Shown: positions 30,708 through 42,305 of the stretch, piece after piece
Layout of the letters: every line of letters starts with the position of its first letter
Position numbering within the stretch: the stretch's first letter is position 1
Source: Macrostomum hystrix
Lineage: Eukaryota > Animalia > Platyhelminthes
DNA: 64,000 bases
NCBI GenBank assembly: GCA_950097015.1
Contig: CATNEN010000007.1
Location: 5,394,001 to 5,458,000, forward strand
Direction: 5' to 3'
Position numbers and translations under genes: made by a program
The notes under the pieces: generated by a model
What the model saw: only the letters and a program-made list of their open reading frames with translations
Databases searched by the model: none
Told to the model about the DNA's origin: nothing

Positions 30708-31862
30708 TTGTCAGCTTTTCAACTCCTGTGTCAGCTATTCAACTCCTGTGTCAGCTATTCAACTCCTGTGTCAGCTATTCAACTCCTGTGTCAGCTATTC
30801 AACTCCTGTGTCAGCTATTCAACTCCTGTGTCAGCTACTCAACTCCTGTGTCAGCTATTCAACTCCTGTGTCAGCTATTCAACTCCTGTGTCAGCTATTC
30901 AACTCCTGTGTCAGCTATTCAACTCCTGTGTCAGCTATTCAACTCCTGTGTCAGCTATTCAACTCCTGTGTCAGCTATTCAACTCCAGTGTCAGCTATTC
31001 AACTCCTTTGTCAGCTATTCAACTCCTGTGTCAGCTATTCAACTCCTGTGTCAGCTATTCAACTCCTTTGTCAGCTATTCAACTCCTTTGTCAGCTATTC
31101 AACTCCTGTGTCAGCTATTCAACTCCTGTGTCAGCTATTCAACTCCTTTGTCAGCTATTCAACTCCTGTGTCAGCTATACAAATTCCTGTGTCAGCTACT
31201 CAACTCCTGTGTCAGCTACTCAACTCCTGTGTCAGCTACTCAACTCCTGTGTCAGCTTTTCAACTCCTGTGTCAGCTACTCAACTCCTGTGTCAGCTTTT
31301 CAACTCCTGTGTCAGCTACTCAACTCCTGTGTCAGCTTTTCAACTCCTGTGTCAGCTACTCAACTCCTGTGTCAGCTTTTCAACTCCTGTGTCAGCTATT
31401 CAACTCCTGTGTCAGCTATTCAACTCCTGTGTCAGCTACTCAACTCCTGTGCCAGCTATTCAACTCCTGTGTCAGCTATTCAACTCCTGTGTCAGCTATT
31501 CAACTCCTGTGTCAGCTATTCAACTCCTGTGTCAGCTACTCAACTCCAGTGTTAGCTACTCAACTCCTGTGTCAGCTATTCAACTCCTGTGTCAGCTATT
31601 CAACTCCTGTGTCAGCTACTCAACTCCTGTGTCAGCTATTCAACTCCTGTGCCAGCTATTCAACTCCTGTGTCAGCTACTCAACTCCTGTGTCAGCTATT
31701 CAACTCCTGTGTCAGCTATTCAACTCCTGTGTCAGCTATTCAACTCCTGTGTCAGCTATTCAACTCCTGTGTCAGCTATTCAACTCCTGTGTCAGCTACT
31801 CAACTCCAGTGTCAGCTATTCAACTCCTGTGTCAGCTATTCAACTCCTGTGCCAGCTATTTA
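30708..31862. repeat. 20-bp minisatellite (AACTCCTGTGTCAGCTATTC), ~58 copies
   Basis: Direct tandem periodicity. Confidence 0.97.
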
Positions 31863-32554
31863 ACTGCTGTACTGGAAAAATGCCAAATGGAACAAGAATA
31901 CGCTCGTAATTTAGTAAGAAAAAAATAAGCCTGTTAGTTTTTGTCGGACATTGCCAATAGACACGGACAGTGCGCATAGGTGCAGCATTGAGCCACTAGT
32001 ATTGCTAGCATATTGCAATTGTATTTGTAAGAGCTGCCAGTACAGTGTGAAGCTACTATCTATTCTACTGGACAAGAAGAGCATGAGTTAGTAGCACCAG
32101 GGTGGTGGAATCGTGTACCAGAAGCTGTTTTATCCATTGTACATTTACACTCTTTGCATTCTAGACTCTGGGAATTTGGCATGCGAAACAGACTACTTTT
32201 AGGTGAGTAGTAATACAGGTTGAAAAATAATGATTACAAATCGAATGAGAAAAGTGTACAATGCCTTGGCTGACAGGGAGCTTTGCTGTTTGGTGACTTT
32301 CAATTGTTGAATTGAGCAAATTGAGAACGCATGCGAGCAATTCGCAGTATTTACTGAACTGAAAAGTGCGTAAAAGATACACGAAAATAACATAATTTTC
32401 TTGATTTCTGACAGGGCCTAATAGCGGCCTAATATCAGATTTGCTAGCTGATGGGCTGCCATGGGAATTTTAGCAAGCACAGCAGCAAGAAAATGTACGG
32501 GGATTGGGGAAAACGGGTAGGGAGAGAGAAAAACCTAGTCTGAGAAGAGGGAAA

Positions 32555-32902
32555 AAGAGTATAGGGCAGAGGGGAAGAGTCTAGGTGAGAGAGATGGGAA
32601 GAGTATAGGGCAGAGGGGAAGAGTCTAGGTGAGAGAGATTGGAAGAGTCTAGGTGATAGAGATAGGAAGAGTATAGGGCAGAGGGGAAGAGTCTAGGTGA
32701 GAGAGATGTGAAGAGTCTAGGGCAGAGGGGGGAGGGGAAGAGTCTTAGGGCAGAGAGGAAGTCTAGGGTAGAGGGGGAGAGGGGAAGAGTCTAGGGTAGA
32801 GGGGGAGAGGGGAAGAGTCTAGGGTAGAGGGGGAGAGGGGAAGAGTCTAGGGTAGAGGGGGAGAGGGGAAGAGTCTAGGGTAGAGGGGGAGAGGGGAAGA
32901 GT
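32555..32902. repeat. Purine-rich variable-length tandem array (GGGGAAGAGTCTAGGGTAGAGGGGGAGA and variants)
   Basis: Repeated GAAGAGTCTAGG core. Confidence 0.85.
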
Positions 32903-33579
32903 TTGGAAGAGATTGAGTCTGGGGTAGTGAGAGGAGAAGATTCTATGGTGGAAATTACACATGCTAAAAGTTGTCCAAAAATGAAATAAGTCGGAACCGA
33001 GACAAGAGAAGGCATGAGCATCAGTGAGAGGATAAAGTAAAATCGGCCGTTTAAAATAACTTCATACTTAAAAAATCGCTGCTGACAGCTGGTTAACGTG
33101 AATCCTCTAAAAGCAGTGCTCTCACCTTGAGAATGCAAGATGAATTGCTTGGCGCAAAAATTAGAATGTGGCTTACAGCTTAACCAATAACAATAGTGGT
33201 GGATAGGAGAACAATAGGACAATGTAATTATTTCTAGTGTTTAAAAGCGAGGATGTCCATTGTGTCCAACTTCAACTGGAGACGCCACGCAGACTTTCGA
33301 GTGGTTGAGAAAAAAATCAAGTGAGCACCACGAGGACCAGGCTGAGAGGGTGGGCCTTCCATTTTCAATCGGTGGCGCGCGTGTACTTTTCAGAATGGGG
33401 AGGAAACGTCTCGATTAACATTTGAGAACGTCTGGGTTGATGAAATTTTAACAATGAGAAAAACGTTTAGACAGCCTCAAGCTGTGAGCTTAAAACTCGC
33501 TACGCACTGCATGCCAAGCTTCCGTTTGCAATTTTGTTTTATCCCACCAGGAACTGCTTCCAATGAAGCAACCTGCCTT

Positions 33580-34041
33580 CTTTGGAAGCAGCGGATCTTC
33601 TTGGAAAGCAGTGGGTCTTTTTGGGAAGCAGCGGGTCTTCTTGGGAAGCAGTGGGTCTTCTTGGGAAGCAGTGGGTCTTCTTGGGAAGCAGTGGGTCTTC
33701 TTGGGAAGCAGTGGGTCTTCTTGGGAAGCAGCGGGTCTTATTGGGAAGCAGCGGGTCTTCTTGGGAAGCAGCGGGTCTTCTTGGGAAGCAGTGGGTCTTC
33801 TTGGGAAGCAGCTGGTCTTCTTGGGAAGCAGCGGGTCTTCTTGGGAAGCAGCGGGTCTTCTTGGGAAGCAGTGGGTCTTCTTGGGAAGCAGTGGGTCTTC
33901 TTGGGAAGCAGCGGGTCTTCTTGGGAAGCAGTGGGTCTTCTTGGGAAGCAGCGGGTCTTCTTGGGAAGCAGTGGGTCTTCTTGGGAAGCAGTGGGTCTTC
34001 TTGGGAAGCAGCGGGTCTTCTTGGGAAGCAGCGGGTCTTCC
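33580..34041. repeat. 20-bp minisatellite (TTGGGAAGCAG[T/C]GGGTCTTC), ~23 copies
   Basis: Direct tandem periodicity. Confidence 0.97.
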
Positions 34042-34221
34042 AGGTGGTTCAAACGGCCCATGCTTACGCTTGAAATTGGCCACTCTTTCTCCTAGTAGTT
34101 TTCACAAGCTCGGTAAAATTTTAGGCACAGAACGCATGCAGCTAAACAAGGTTGATACAAATTAACAGACAAAATAGGCGGCTGCCACTAACTCTGGTAG
34201 GAAACTCAGCAACGAAAATCC

Positions 34222-35640
34222 TCACGAGAGCCTTGACGCCAGCCTTTGAACTCGGCTCAGGCCGTCAATGTAGCGGAACAGCTGCTGCAGGAATTCTCCG
34301 TCGTCCGGCGTCGGCGAGGAAGCCACTCCCGCGCAGACAACGTTGGAGATGCCGTTGATGCCGGCTCTGAAGTACGCATCCAGCTGGCGCAAGTGCCTCA
34401 TCAGCAGGGCATTGTCGACACCGGAGCTGCCACTCAGCGACGATGCCGCGATAGGTGTCGACTGCCGACTCAGGCTCTGCGACTGCTGCGGTGTCGGAGG
34501 TGGCTGCAACGGCGGTGGCATCCCAGACGGAGACGCGTAGATGCCAGCGCTGCCCCTGATTGCTGGCGGCGGCTGAAGGTGGAGCGGCAGCGAGGCCATG
34601 CCGCCGGAAGCCATGGTCGCGCTCAACAGGGCCAGGAACTCCGGGCTGCTGAATCCGGGCACACCGCCGCCACCGCCGCCACCGACTGCGAAGCCGCCAA
34701 GGCCCGCCGCTGCCAGCATTGACCGCGGCGATGGAAGTGGCGCCGACTGATTCAGTGGCTGCGGGCCGTGCGGGGCTGCAGGCGGTTGCATCAGCGGCGG
34801 AGGCGGCGGTGGCGGCGGCGGAGGCATCGTCGAATAGGCGGCCGGAGAATCCAAGGGGTCGCTGGAAGCAGCATTCAGTAGACCGTCGCCCCCTCCGATG
34901 ACGACACTGCTCGGCGCGGCCACTTCGTCTTCGTCGCTGTCAACGATAACATCCTCGTCATCCTCTGCATCCTCAAGCATATCGTCGTCGATGCCATCAA
35001 TCGGTCGGTCGGTCGCCTCCTCGACCGTCGTCGCCTCCGTCGCCTCCAGGTCGAGCTGCTGCTGCTCGTCGCCGCCGCCGATGCTGGAGTGCCGCGGACG
35101 CTTCTTGCCTGTTTTCTTCTTTAACAAAGTTCGACTCGCGTCGCATGCTTCGCTTCCAAGTCGGCGCGGAGTCAGCGGCCATTTGACAGCGACCTCGGTT
35201 GGCGTGCCGGAGCCCAGATAGTCGGCCGAGAAGTACTCATCCTGGCCAGCCGGCGGGTGGCTGTGAAAGTGCCCGGCGGTGACTCGGCGCACTGACAGCA
35301 GCTTCTGGCCGACGCTGATGGCCGTGGCCGGGCAGAAGCGTTTGCTGCAGCGCCAGAACACGCGGCCGTCTTTGCCGGAGCGGCTCTCCGTCATCTTGTA
35401 GCCGTCGATAACTATGCTGGCTTTGTTCTTGCGGGTCACGTCCCACTTCACGCTGACCATGCCGCGAACTTCGGCGCATCGGCGCTCGACAACTTCCTGA
35501 CGCTCCTGCGGCTGCGTCTCCTGCAGCTGCTGCTGCTGCTGCTGAGTAACTCGGAGGTCTAGTGCGGTCGAAATCAACATCGGATCTTCTTTGACATCTT
35601 GCAGCTCCACCTGCTGCTGCTGCTGCTGTTGCTGCTGCAT
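34222..35640 (-). CDS. FLYWCH-type zinc-finger protein (putative transcription factor), apparently a single coding exon, 472 aa
   Basis: Long GC-rich ORF containing SIVIDGYKM...VFWRCSKRFCPATA...HFHSHPP (W-x-C-x4-C-x-A...H-x-H FLYWCH pattern), a basic NLS-like KKKTGKKRPR, and acidic and Pro-rich regions. A GTGAG overlapping the stop codon could alternatively be a donor site. Confidence 0.8.
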   Translation of the reverse strand: MQQQQQQQQQVELQDVKEDPMLISTALDLRVTQQQQQQLQETQPQERQEVVERRCAEVRGMVSVKWDVTRKNKASIVIDGYKMTESRSGKDGRVFWRCSKRFCPATAISVGQKLLSVRRVTAGHFHSHPPAGQDEYFSADYLGSGTPTEVAVKWPLTPRRLGSEACDASRTLLKKKTGKKRPRHSSIGGGDEQQQLDLEATEATTVEEATDRPIDGIDDDMLEDAEDDEDVIVDSDEDEVAAPSSVVIGGGDGLLNAASSDPLDSPAAYSTMPPPPPPPPPPLMQPPAAPHGPQPLNQSAPLPSPRSMLAAAGLGGFAVGGGGGGGVPGFSSPEFLALLSATMASGGMASLPLHLQPPPAIRGSAGIYASPSGMPPPLQPPPTPQQSQSLSRQSTPIAASSLSGSSGVDNALLMRHLRQLDAYFRAGINGISNVVCAGVASSPTPDDGEFLQQLFRYIDGLSRVQRLASRLS

Positions 35641-36424
35641 TTTGAAGAGGACTCAAAATCCCCAGAATGATTTGGCTTCCCTAACGGATTTGAAGTGACT
35701 AGCTCGAGTCCACCGTGCTCTGTTCGCCAGTTGAAGTGGGGCAGGGCTTGCCGTCACTGATGCCTGCAGGCTTACCTTAGGTGAGGGGTGGGGCCTATCT
35801 TTATAAATGATATTCTCCGAGTTTAGCGCCGCGATTTCGGCTCCGGAGTTTCCTAGCTTCCTCTCCTCCTCACTCCTCCGCCTCTCCTTGGAAGGGGGCC
35901 TCTGGCCTGTCAAAAGCGGAGTGGGGTGGCTGGCTCTATTTTTTGGTTCCGCCCAACCGAAGCCCGCCTGCCTTTCAGAGTGCTGTGTGTGTGTCCTCCA
36001 GTTCCAACCACTGCAACACACTGCCCGGATAGGCGTTTGCACAAAAAACATACGAGAACCGCGGAATCTACGACAATCACCCCTACCTCCGCCACCGGCC
36101 CCCTTGTTCAGAGCCGGCTAAAGTGGTCTTTGTTCGCGAGCCCAACCCTCCCGCTCTCTCTCACGCTATGGTTGGCCGCCCTGCAGCCTCCCTCCGACTA
36201 GGAGCAGCTGGATATGCAAGTTCTTTCGGAGGCCGAGAAGTTGATTAAAGGACTGATAAAAGCTGCAGTTTGCATCAGGAAAAACTTTTTTAGCGGTGAA
36301 TGGCAGGGCGGTCCAACTCGTCCGCCTCTCCTCGCACCGAGGTGCCTGAGCTCGATTCGGCGGAAGGGCCACATTTATTTTTCGCTTGTCGAGCAATTCA
36401 CACTATTGGGATAGCCGACCTCCA

Positions 36425-36570
36425 CAGTGACAGTGTACACTGCCTGACGATGAGAAAGTCAGATCAGATGTACACACGTGTAAGCGTGTGGCCTGCGTAC
36501 AGTATCTGTGTGCTTAGGCCTCCTTGCTGGCTGCAGGTCTAGTGTCACTGATGGATCTGCTATTGCCCGC
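36425..36570 (+). mobile_element. Dispersed SINE-like repeat, copy 2
   Basis: Aligns by eye with 6470-6610 (gtga.agtgta.actgcct.ac.atgagaaa...gtacagtatctgtgtg..cttagg) and shares GCCTCCTTGCTGGCTGCAGG with 44101-44120. Confidence 0.6.
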
Positions 36571-37371
36571 AGCCCTCCTGCAATTATTATTAACATTGTT
36601 AAATGACTGCTGAGATTTTTACTTGTTTATAAACTGAGAAAAAAACTTAAAAGCTCTTTTCTTTCTAAAGGAAATCTAGCCTTAAACAATGATTAGCGTT
36701 TAGTTGCTTTCGGAATCAAGGTGAAGAGAGATAAGACTGCAGCCAGGATAGACTCGGAGCAGACTATAAGGTACGGATGCCTATATATCAGTCTCAATTC
36801 AGACAGAGATATTGATTGTCGCGGAGATAAAGCAGTCTAGAGCCCAGCTAGCAACCAAACAGAAAACACGCTGCCGCAAGTTAATCAGAGAGGCTTCGCA
36901 GAGTCTGCCAAGCCCCTGCTGCTGCTGCTGTTGCTGAGGCCGAATAAATGTCTCTAACGCAGCCTGGGTGACTCACGAGTCACCCGCTTCTCAAGCCCGC
37001 TGACAAACCCCCGGAGCCCCCGTTTGAGCAGCCCGGGAACCCCGGCAGCATAGCAACCAAGGGGGTATATTACAGTCTAGAATATTACTTACTACTTACT
37101 ATCAAAGCCAATTTTTAATTGAAGGCCTTCTCTTTAGAAAAGTTTTATAGCTCCAGGTAGAGTAAACAAGGCATGCACTAAGTGGTGATTCACAATTTCC
37201 CGCCTTAAAACTAAAAGCAAACTATACGAGTGCGATACTAACGCCCGCATCGATTGAATTGATTCTTGTTTCAGATGATGCGCAACAATAAGAACTGGCT
37301 CAATTCGGGCACAGCCAAAACCTCACGTACTCTTTCATGTACTTCTACATGTACTTTAACTGTTGGCATCT

Positions 37372-38886
37372 TGCCTAGATTTATTAATTGTGCCAAGATG
37401 TAAGAATCGTGTCTAGATTTTATAATCGTGTGTAGATTTTACAATGGTGTCTAGACATTACAATTATGACAAGATTTTACAATCGTAATTAAAAAATAAT
37501 TAAAGAATATGACATGACATCGCGCAGTCATCTAGATTTTATAATCGTGTGTAGATTTTATAATCGTGTCTAGATTTTATAATCGTGTGTAGATTTTATA
37601 ATCGTGAGTAGATTTTATAATCGTGTCTAGATTTTATAATCGTGTCTAGATTTTATAATCGTGAGTAGATTTTATAATCGTGTCTAGATTTTATAATCGT
37701 GTCTAGATTTTATAATCGTGTGTAGATTTTATAATCGTGAGTAGATTTTATAATCGTGTCTAGATTTTATAATCGTGTCTAGATTTTATAATCGTGAGTA
37801 GATTTTATAATTGTGTTTAGATTTTATAATCGTGTCTAGATTTTATAATCGTGTGTATATTTTAAAATCGTGTCTAGATTTTATAATCGTGTCTAGATTT
37901 TATAATCGTGTTTAGATTTTATAATCGTGAGTAGATTTTATAATCGTGTCTAGATTTTATAATCGTGAGTAGATTTTATAATCGTGTCTAGATTTTATAA
38001 TCGTGAGTAGATTTTATAATCGTGAGTAGATTTTATAATCGTGAGTAGATTTTATAATCGTGAGTAGATTTTATAATCGTGTCTAGATTTTATAATCGTG
38101 AGTAGATTTTATAATTGTGTTTAGATTTTATAATCGTGTCTAGATTTTATAATCGTGTGTAGATTTTAAAATCGTGTCTAGATTTTATAATCGTGTCTAG
38201 ATTTTATAATCGTGTTTAGATTTTATAATCGTGAGTAGATTTTATAATCGTGTCTAGATTTTATAATCGTGAGTAGATTTTATAATCGTGTCTAGATTTT
38301 ATAATCGTGAGTAGATTTTATAATCGTGAGTAGATTTTATAATCGTGAGTAGATTTTATAATCGTGTCTAGATTTTATAATCGTGTGTAGATTTTATAAT
38401 CGTGTCTAGATTTTATAATCGTGTGTAGATTTTAAAATCGTGTCTAGATTTTATAATCGTGTCTAGATTTTATAATCGTGTTTAGATTTTATAATCGTGA
38501 GTAGATTTTATAATCGTGTCTAGATTTTATAATCGTGAGTAGATTTTATAATCGTGTCTAGATTTTATAATCGTGAGTAGATTTTATAATCGTGAGTAGA
38601 TTTTATAATCGTGTCTAGATTTTATAATCGTGTCTAGATTTTATAATCGTGTGTAGATTTTATAATCGTGTCTAGATTTTATAATCGTGTGTAGATTTTA
38701 TAATCGTGTCTAGATTTTATAATCGTGTCTAGATTTTATAATCGTGTGTAGATTTTATAATCGTGTCTAGATTTTATAATCGTGTTTAGATTTTATAATC
38801 GTGTGCAGATTTTATAATCGTATCTTGATTTTACAATCATGTCTGGATGTAATTATCGTGTTTAGGTATTTCATTAGTGTCTAGAT
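37372..38886. repeat. 19-bp minisatellite (GTCTAGATTTTATAATCGT)
   Basis: Direct tandem periodicity; degenerate units continue at 40055-40115. Confidence 0.95.
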
Positions 38887-40054
38887 CAGGGGTAGGCAAA
38901 CTTATTTGCTGGCGGGCCAAAGAGAGAACCTAAAAGACGACAGCGGGCCGCATTGAATGTATAAATATGAGATAGGGGAGAGATGAGACACGGGAGAGAT
39001 GAGACACGGGAGAGATGAGACACGGGAGAGATGAGACACAGAAAGATAATACACGAGAGAGATGAGACGGGAGAGATAAGACAGGGGAGAGATTAGACAC
39101 GGGAGAGATGAGACACGGGAGAGATGAGACACGGGAGAGATGAGACACGAGAGCGATGAGAGACGGGAGAGATTAGACACGGGAGAGATAAGACACGGGA
39201 GAGATAGGACACGGGAGAGATGAGAGACGGGAGAGATTAGACACGGGAGAGATAAGACACGGGAGAGATGAGACACGAGAGCGATGAGAGACGGGAGAGA
39301 TAAGACACGGGAGAGATAAGACACGGGAGAGATGAGACACGAGAGCGATGAGAGACGGGAGAGATAAGACACGGGAGAGATAAGACACGGGAGAGATGAG
39401 AGACGGGAGAGATGAGAGACGGGAGAGATAAGACACGGGAGAGATAAGACACGGGAGAGATGAGACACGAGAGCGATGAGAGACGGGAGAGATAAGACAC
39501 GGGAGAGATAAGACACGGGAGAGATGAGAGACGGGAGAGATGAGAGACGGGAGAGATAAGACACGGGAGAGATAAGACACGGGAGAGATGAGACACGAGA
39601 GCGATGAGAGACGGGAGAGATTAGACACGGGAGAGATAAGACACGGGAGAGATAGGACACGGGAGAGATGAGACACGAGAGCGATGAGAGACGGGAGAGA
39701 TAAGACACGGGAGAGATAAGACACGGGAGAGATGAGACACGGGAGCGATGAGAGACGGGAGAGATAAGACACGGGAGAGATGAGACACGAGAGCGATGAG
39801 AGACGGGAGAGATAAGACACGGGAGAGATAAGACACGGGAGAGATGAGACACGGGAGCGATGAGAGACGGGAGAGATTAGACACGAGAGCGAGGAGACAC
39901 AGGAGAGATGAGACACGGGAGAGATGAGACACAGGAGAGATTAGACACGGGAGAGATAAAATAGGACACTGTAGATGTTAGAAGAGGCAACGGGCCGGAT
40001 TTGGGAGCTTCGAGGGCCGCATCTGGCCCGCGGGCCGGAGTTTGCCGACCCCTG
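38887..40054. mobile_element. Non-autonomous hAT (Charlie/Buster-like) element containing an internal 16-bp minisatellite
   Basis: TIRs CAGGGGTAGGCAAACT and CAGGGGTCGGCAAACT (15/16 match), exact 8-bp TSD GTCTAGAT (38879-38886, 40055-40062), and subterminal GCGGGCC/GGCCCGCGGGCC motifs. Confidence 0.9.
38975..39958. repeat. 16-bp minisatellite (GACACGGGAGAGAT[G/A]A) inside the hAT element
   Basis: Direct tandem periodicity between the two TIRs. Confidence 0.95.
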
Positions 40055-40819
40055 GTCTAGATGTAAAAATGAGTCTAGGTGGAGCAATCGTGATGTCTAG
40101 ATTTAACGATTGTGACTACTAGGGGAATTTTAAGCGTTTAATTTAAGGATCGTGACCCTCTAAAACTCAACGAGCTGCTCAATGTAAACAAAATCGGAAC
40201 TAGTTTAACGGACAAGGAAAACAAATCAAATGAATTCAGATTAACAATGAAAAGCGCCGCATTTTTCATTTTTGTAGAAAAACTGCTCCTTCAAGTTGCC
40301 AAATAGTCAAGGGACATTGGTCGGTCCCTGACCTGAAAATCGGACACAGCTCACCGACCCGCATGGAGTCGCAACTATGGCACAGCTGTCGTCGTGCTAG
40401 CCAAATCATTTGATTTACGATGACAGGCTCAATGGGAAAACACGGTCCCAGGCTTATAGTATAAACAAAATCCAAATACTGCCACCTACGTCGCTGTCTT
40501 ATCAAGATGGGAAACTTTTTTTGCAGAACAATTTCCCAAAACTCTTTATTCTATTATTGAGGGATGAAAATCGTTACTTTTTGTGTCATTAGCATGATAA
40601 TCCATCATGTTTAGTAAGAATGAAGTATCAAATACCAAAATACCAAAGTATTTTAGCTGCAGTTCAGGGCATAGCATGTAAAAATATCTGCTCACTTAAT
40701 TCTCTTTACAGTTGGCTTTTAAACCCGTTCCTTTCACGGACACTCACGACCTTACAGTGGACAATGCCACCATTTAAATGGACACCTCGCACATTGGAAA
40801 AGACACCCCTTAAAATGGA

Positions 40820-41235
40820 CACTCTATTGTCTCCAAAGACACCTCTATTGCCTCAAAAGACACCTTTATTGTCTCCAAAAGACACCTTCATTGTCCCAAA
40901 AGACACCTTTATTGTCTCCAAAGACACCTCCATTGTCCCAAAAGACACCTTTATTGTCTCCAAAGACACCTCCATTGTCCCAAAAGACACCTTTATTGTC
41001 TCCAAAGACACCTCCATTGTCCCAAAAGACACCTTTATTGTCTCCAAAGACACCTCCATTGTCCCAAAAGACACCTTTATTGTCTCCAAAGACACCTCCA
41101 TTGTCCCAAAAGACACCTTTATTGTCTCCAAAAGACACCTTTATTGTCCCAAAAGACACGTCTATTGTGTCAAAAGACACGTCTATTGTGTCAAAAGACA
41201 CGTCTATTGTGTCAAAAGACACGTAGATTGTCTCA
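40820..41235. repeat. 21-bp/42-bp dimer minisatellite (AAAGACACCTTTATTGTCTCC AAAGACACCTCCATTGTCCCA)
   Basis: Direct tandem periodicity. Confidence 0.93.
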
Positions 41236-41579
41236 CTTCAAACAAAGAAACGTAAACTAAGATAAGGAAATCAAAACACGAAGGTTCAGAACTTCTGTAC
41301 AGCACAAACAATATTCGCGAAAATGCCACTTGCAGTAGCTTAAATCAGTGCATTTGTATATTTTTTATGAATTAGTTGAGACAGCAGCAAATGAAAGATA
41401 CATTGTAAAATAATTGTATTGACGAGCGTTTTTACACCTGTAACATCACGATTTATACGACAAACTATTGGCACATAACTAAGAGCAAAAGCTAAATAGG
41501 AAAAAACTGTCACGTGATGTTCAATGCCTGCTCAGATTCAAACGAAATGGGTGTGTTTGCCTGAATCTGAAGTGCTGCA

Positions 41580-42300
41580 TGCCTGAGGAAGTGCCTGAAT
41601 CTGGGCTGATGGAGTGCCTGAATCTGGGCTGAGGGAGTGCCTGAATCTGAGCTGAGGGAGTGCCTGAATCTGGGCTGAGGGAGTGCCTGAATCTGGGCTG
41701 AGGGAGTGCCTGAATCTGGGCTGAGGGAGTGCCTGAATCTGGGCTGAGGAAATGCCTGAATCTGGGCTGAGGAAATGCCTGAATCTGAGCTGAGGGAGTG
41801 CCTGAATCTGGGCTGAGGAAATGCCTGAATCTGAGCTGAGGGAGTGCCTGAATCTGGGCTGAGGGAGTGCCTGAATCTGGGCTGAGGAAATGCCTGAATC
41901 TGAGCTGAGGGAGTGCCTGAATCTGGGCTGAGGAAATGCCTGAATCTGGGCTGAGGAAATGCCTGAATCTGGGCTGAGGAAATGCCTGAATCTGGGCTGA
42001 GGAAATGCCTGAATCTGGGCTGAGGAAATGCCTGAATCTGGGCTGAGGAAATGCCTGAATCTGGGCTGAGGAAATGCCTGAATCTGGGCTGAGGAAATGC
42101 CTGAATCTGGGCTGAGGGAGTGCCTGAATCTGGGCTGAGGAAATGCCAGAATCTGGGCTGAGGAAGTGACTGAATCTGGGCTTAGGGAGTGCCTGAATCT
42201 GGGCTGAGGAAGTGACTGAATCTGGGCTGAGGGAGTGCTTGAATATGGGCTGAAGAAAATGCCAGAATCTGGGCTGAGGAAGTGACTGAATCTGGGCTGA
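41580..42300. repeat. 23-bp minisatellite (GCCTGAATCTGGGCTGAGGAAAT) just 3' of the LMAN2 stop codon
   Basis: Direct tandem periodicity. Confidence 0.95.
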
Positions 42301-42305
42301 CCCGG

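Noticed and set aside
30670-31928. Three overlapping 290-410-aa ORFs
   Set aside because: The 20-bp unit is stop-free in all plus-strand frames. The same artefact explains ORFs at 187-1175, 33454-34165, 38902-39932, 40620-41255, 41521-42375 and 52956-57747.
36443-36461. Hammerhead ribozyme core (CTGACGA...GAAA)
   Set aside because: No stem II between the two conserved blocks, and the segment forms a simple CTGAC/GTCAG hairpin.
40753-40820. pogo/Tigger-like MITE end (TA-CAGTGG...GGACACCTC) seeding the 21-bp array
   Set aside because: No matching right TIR or TA duplication found.
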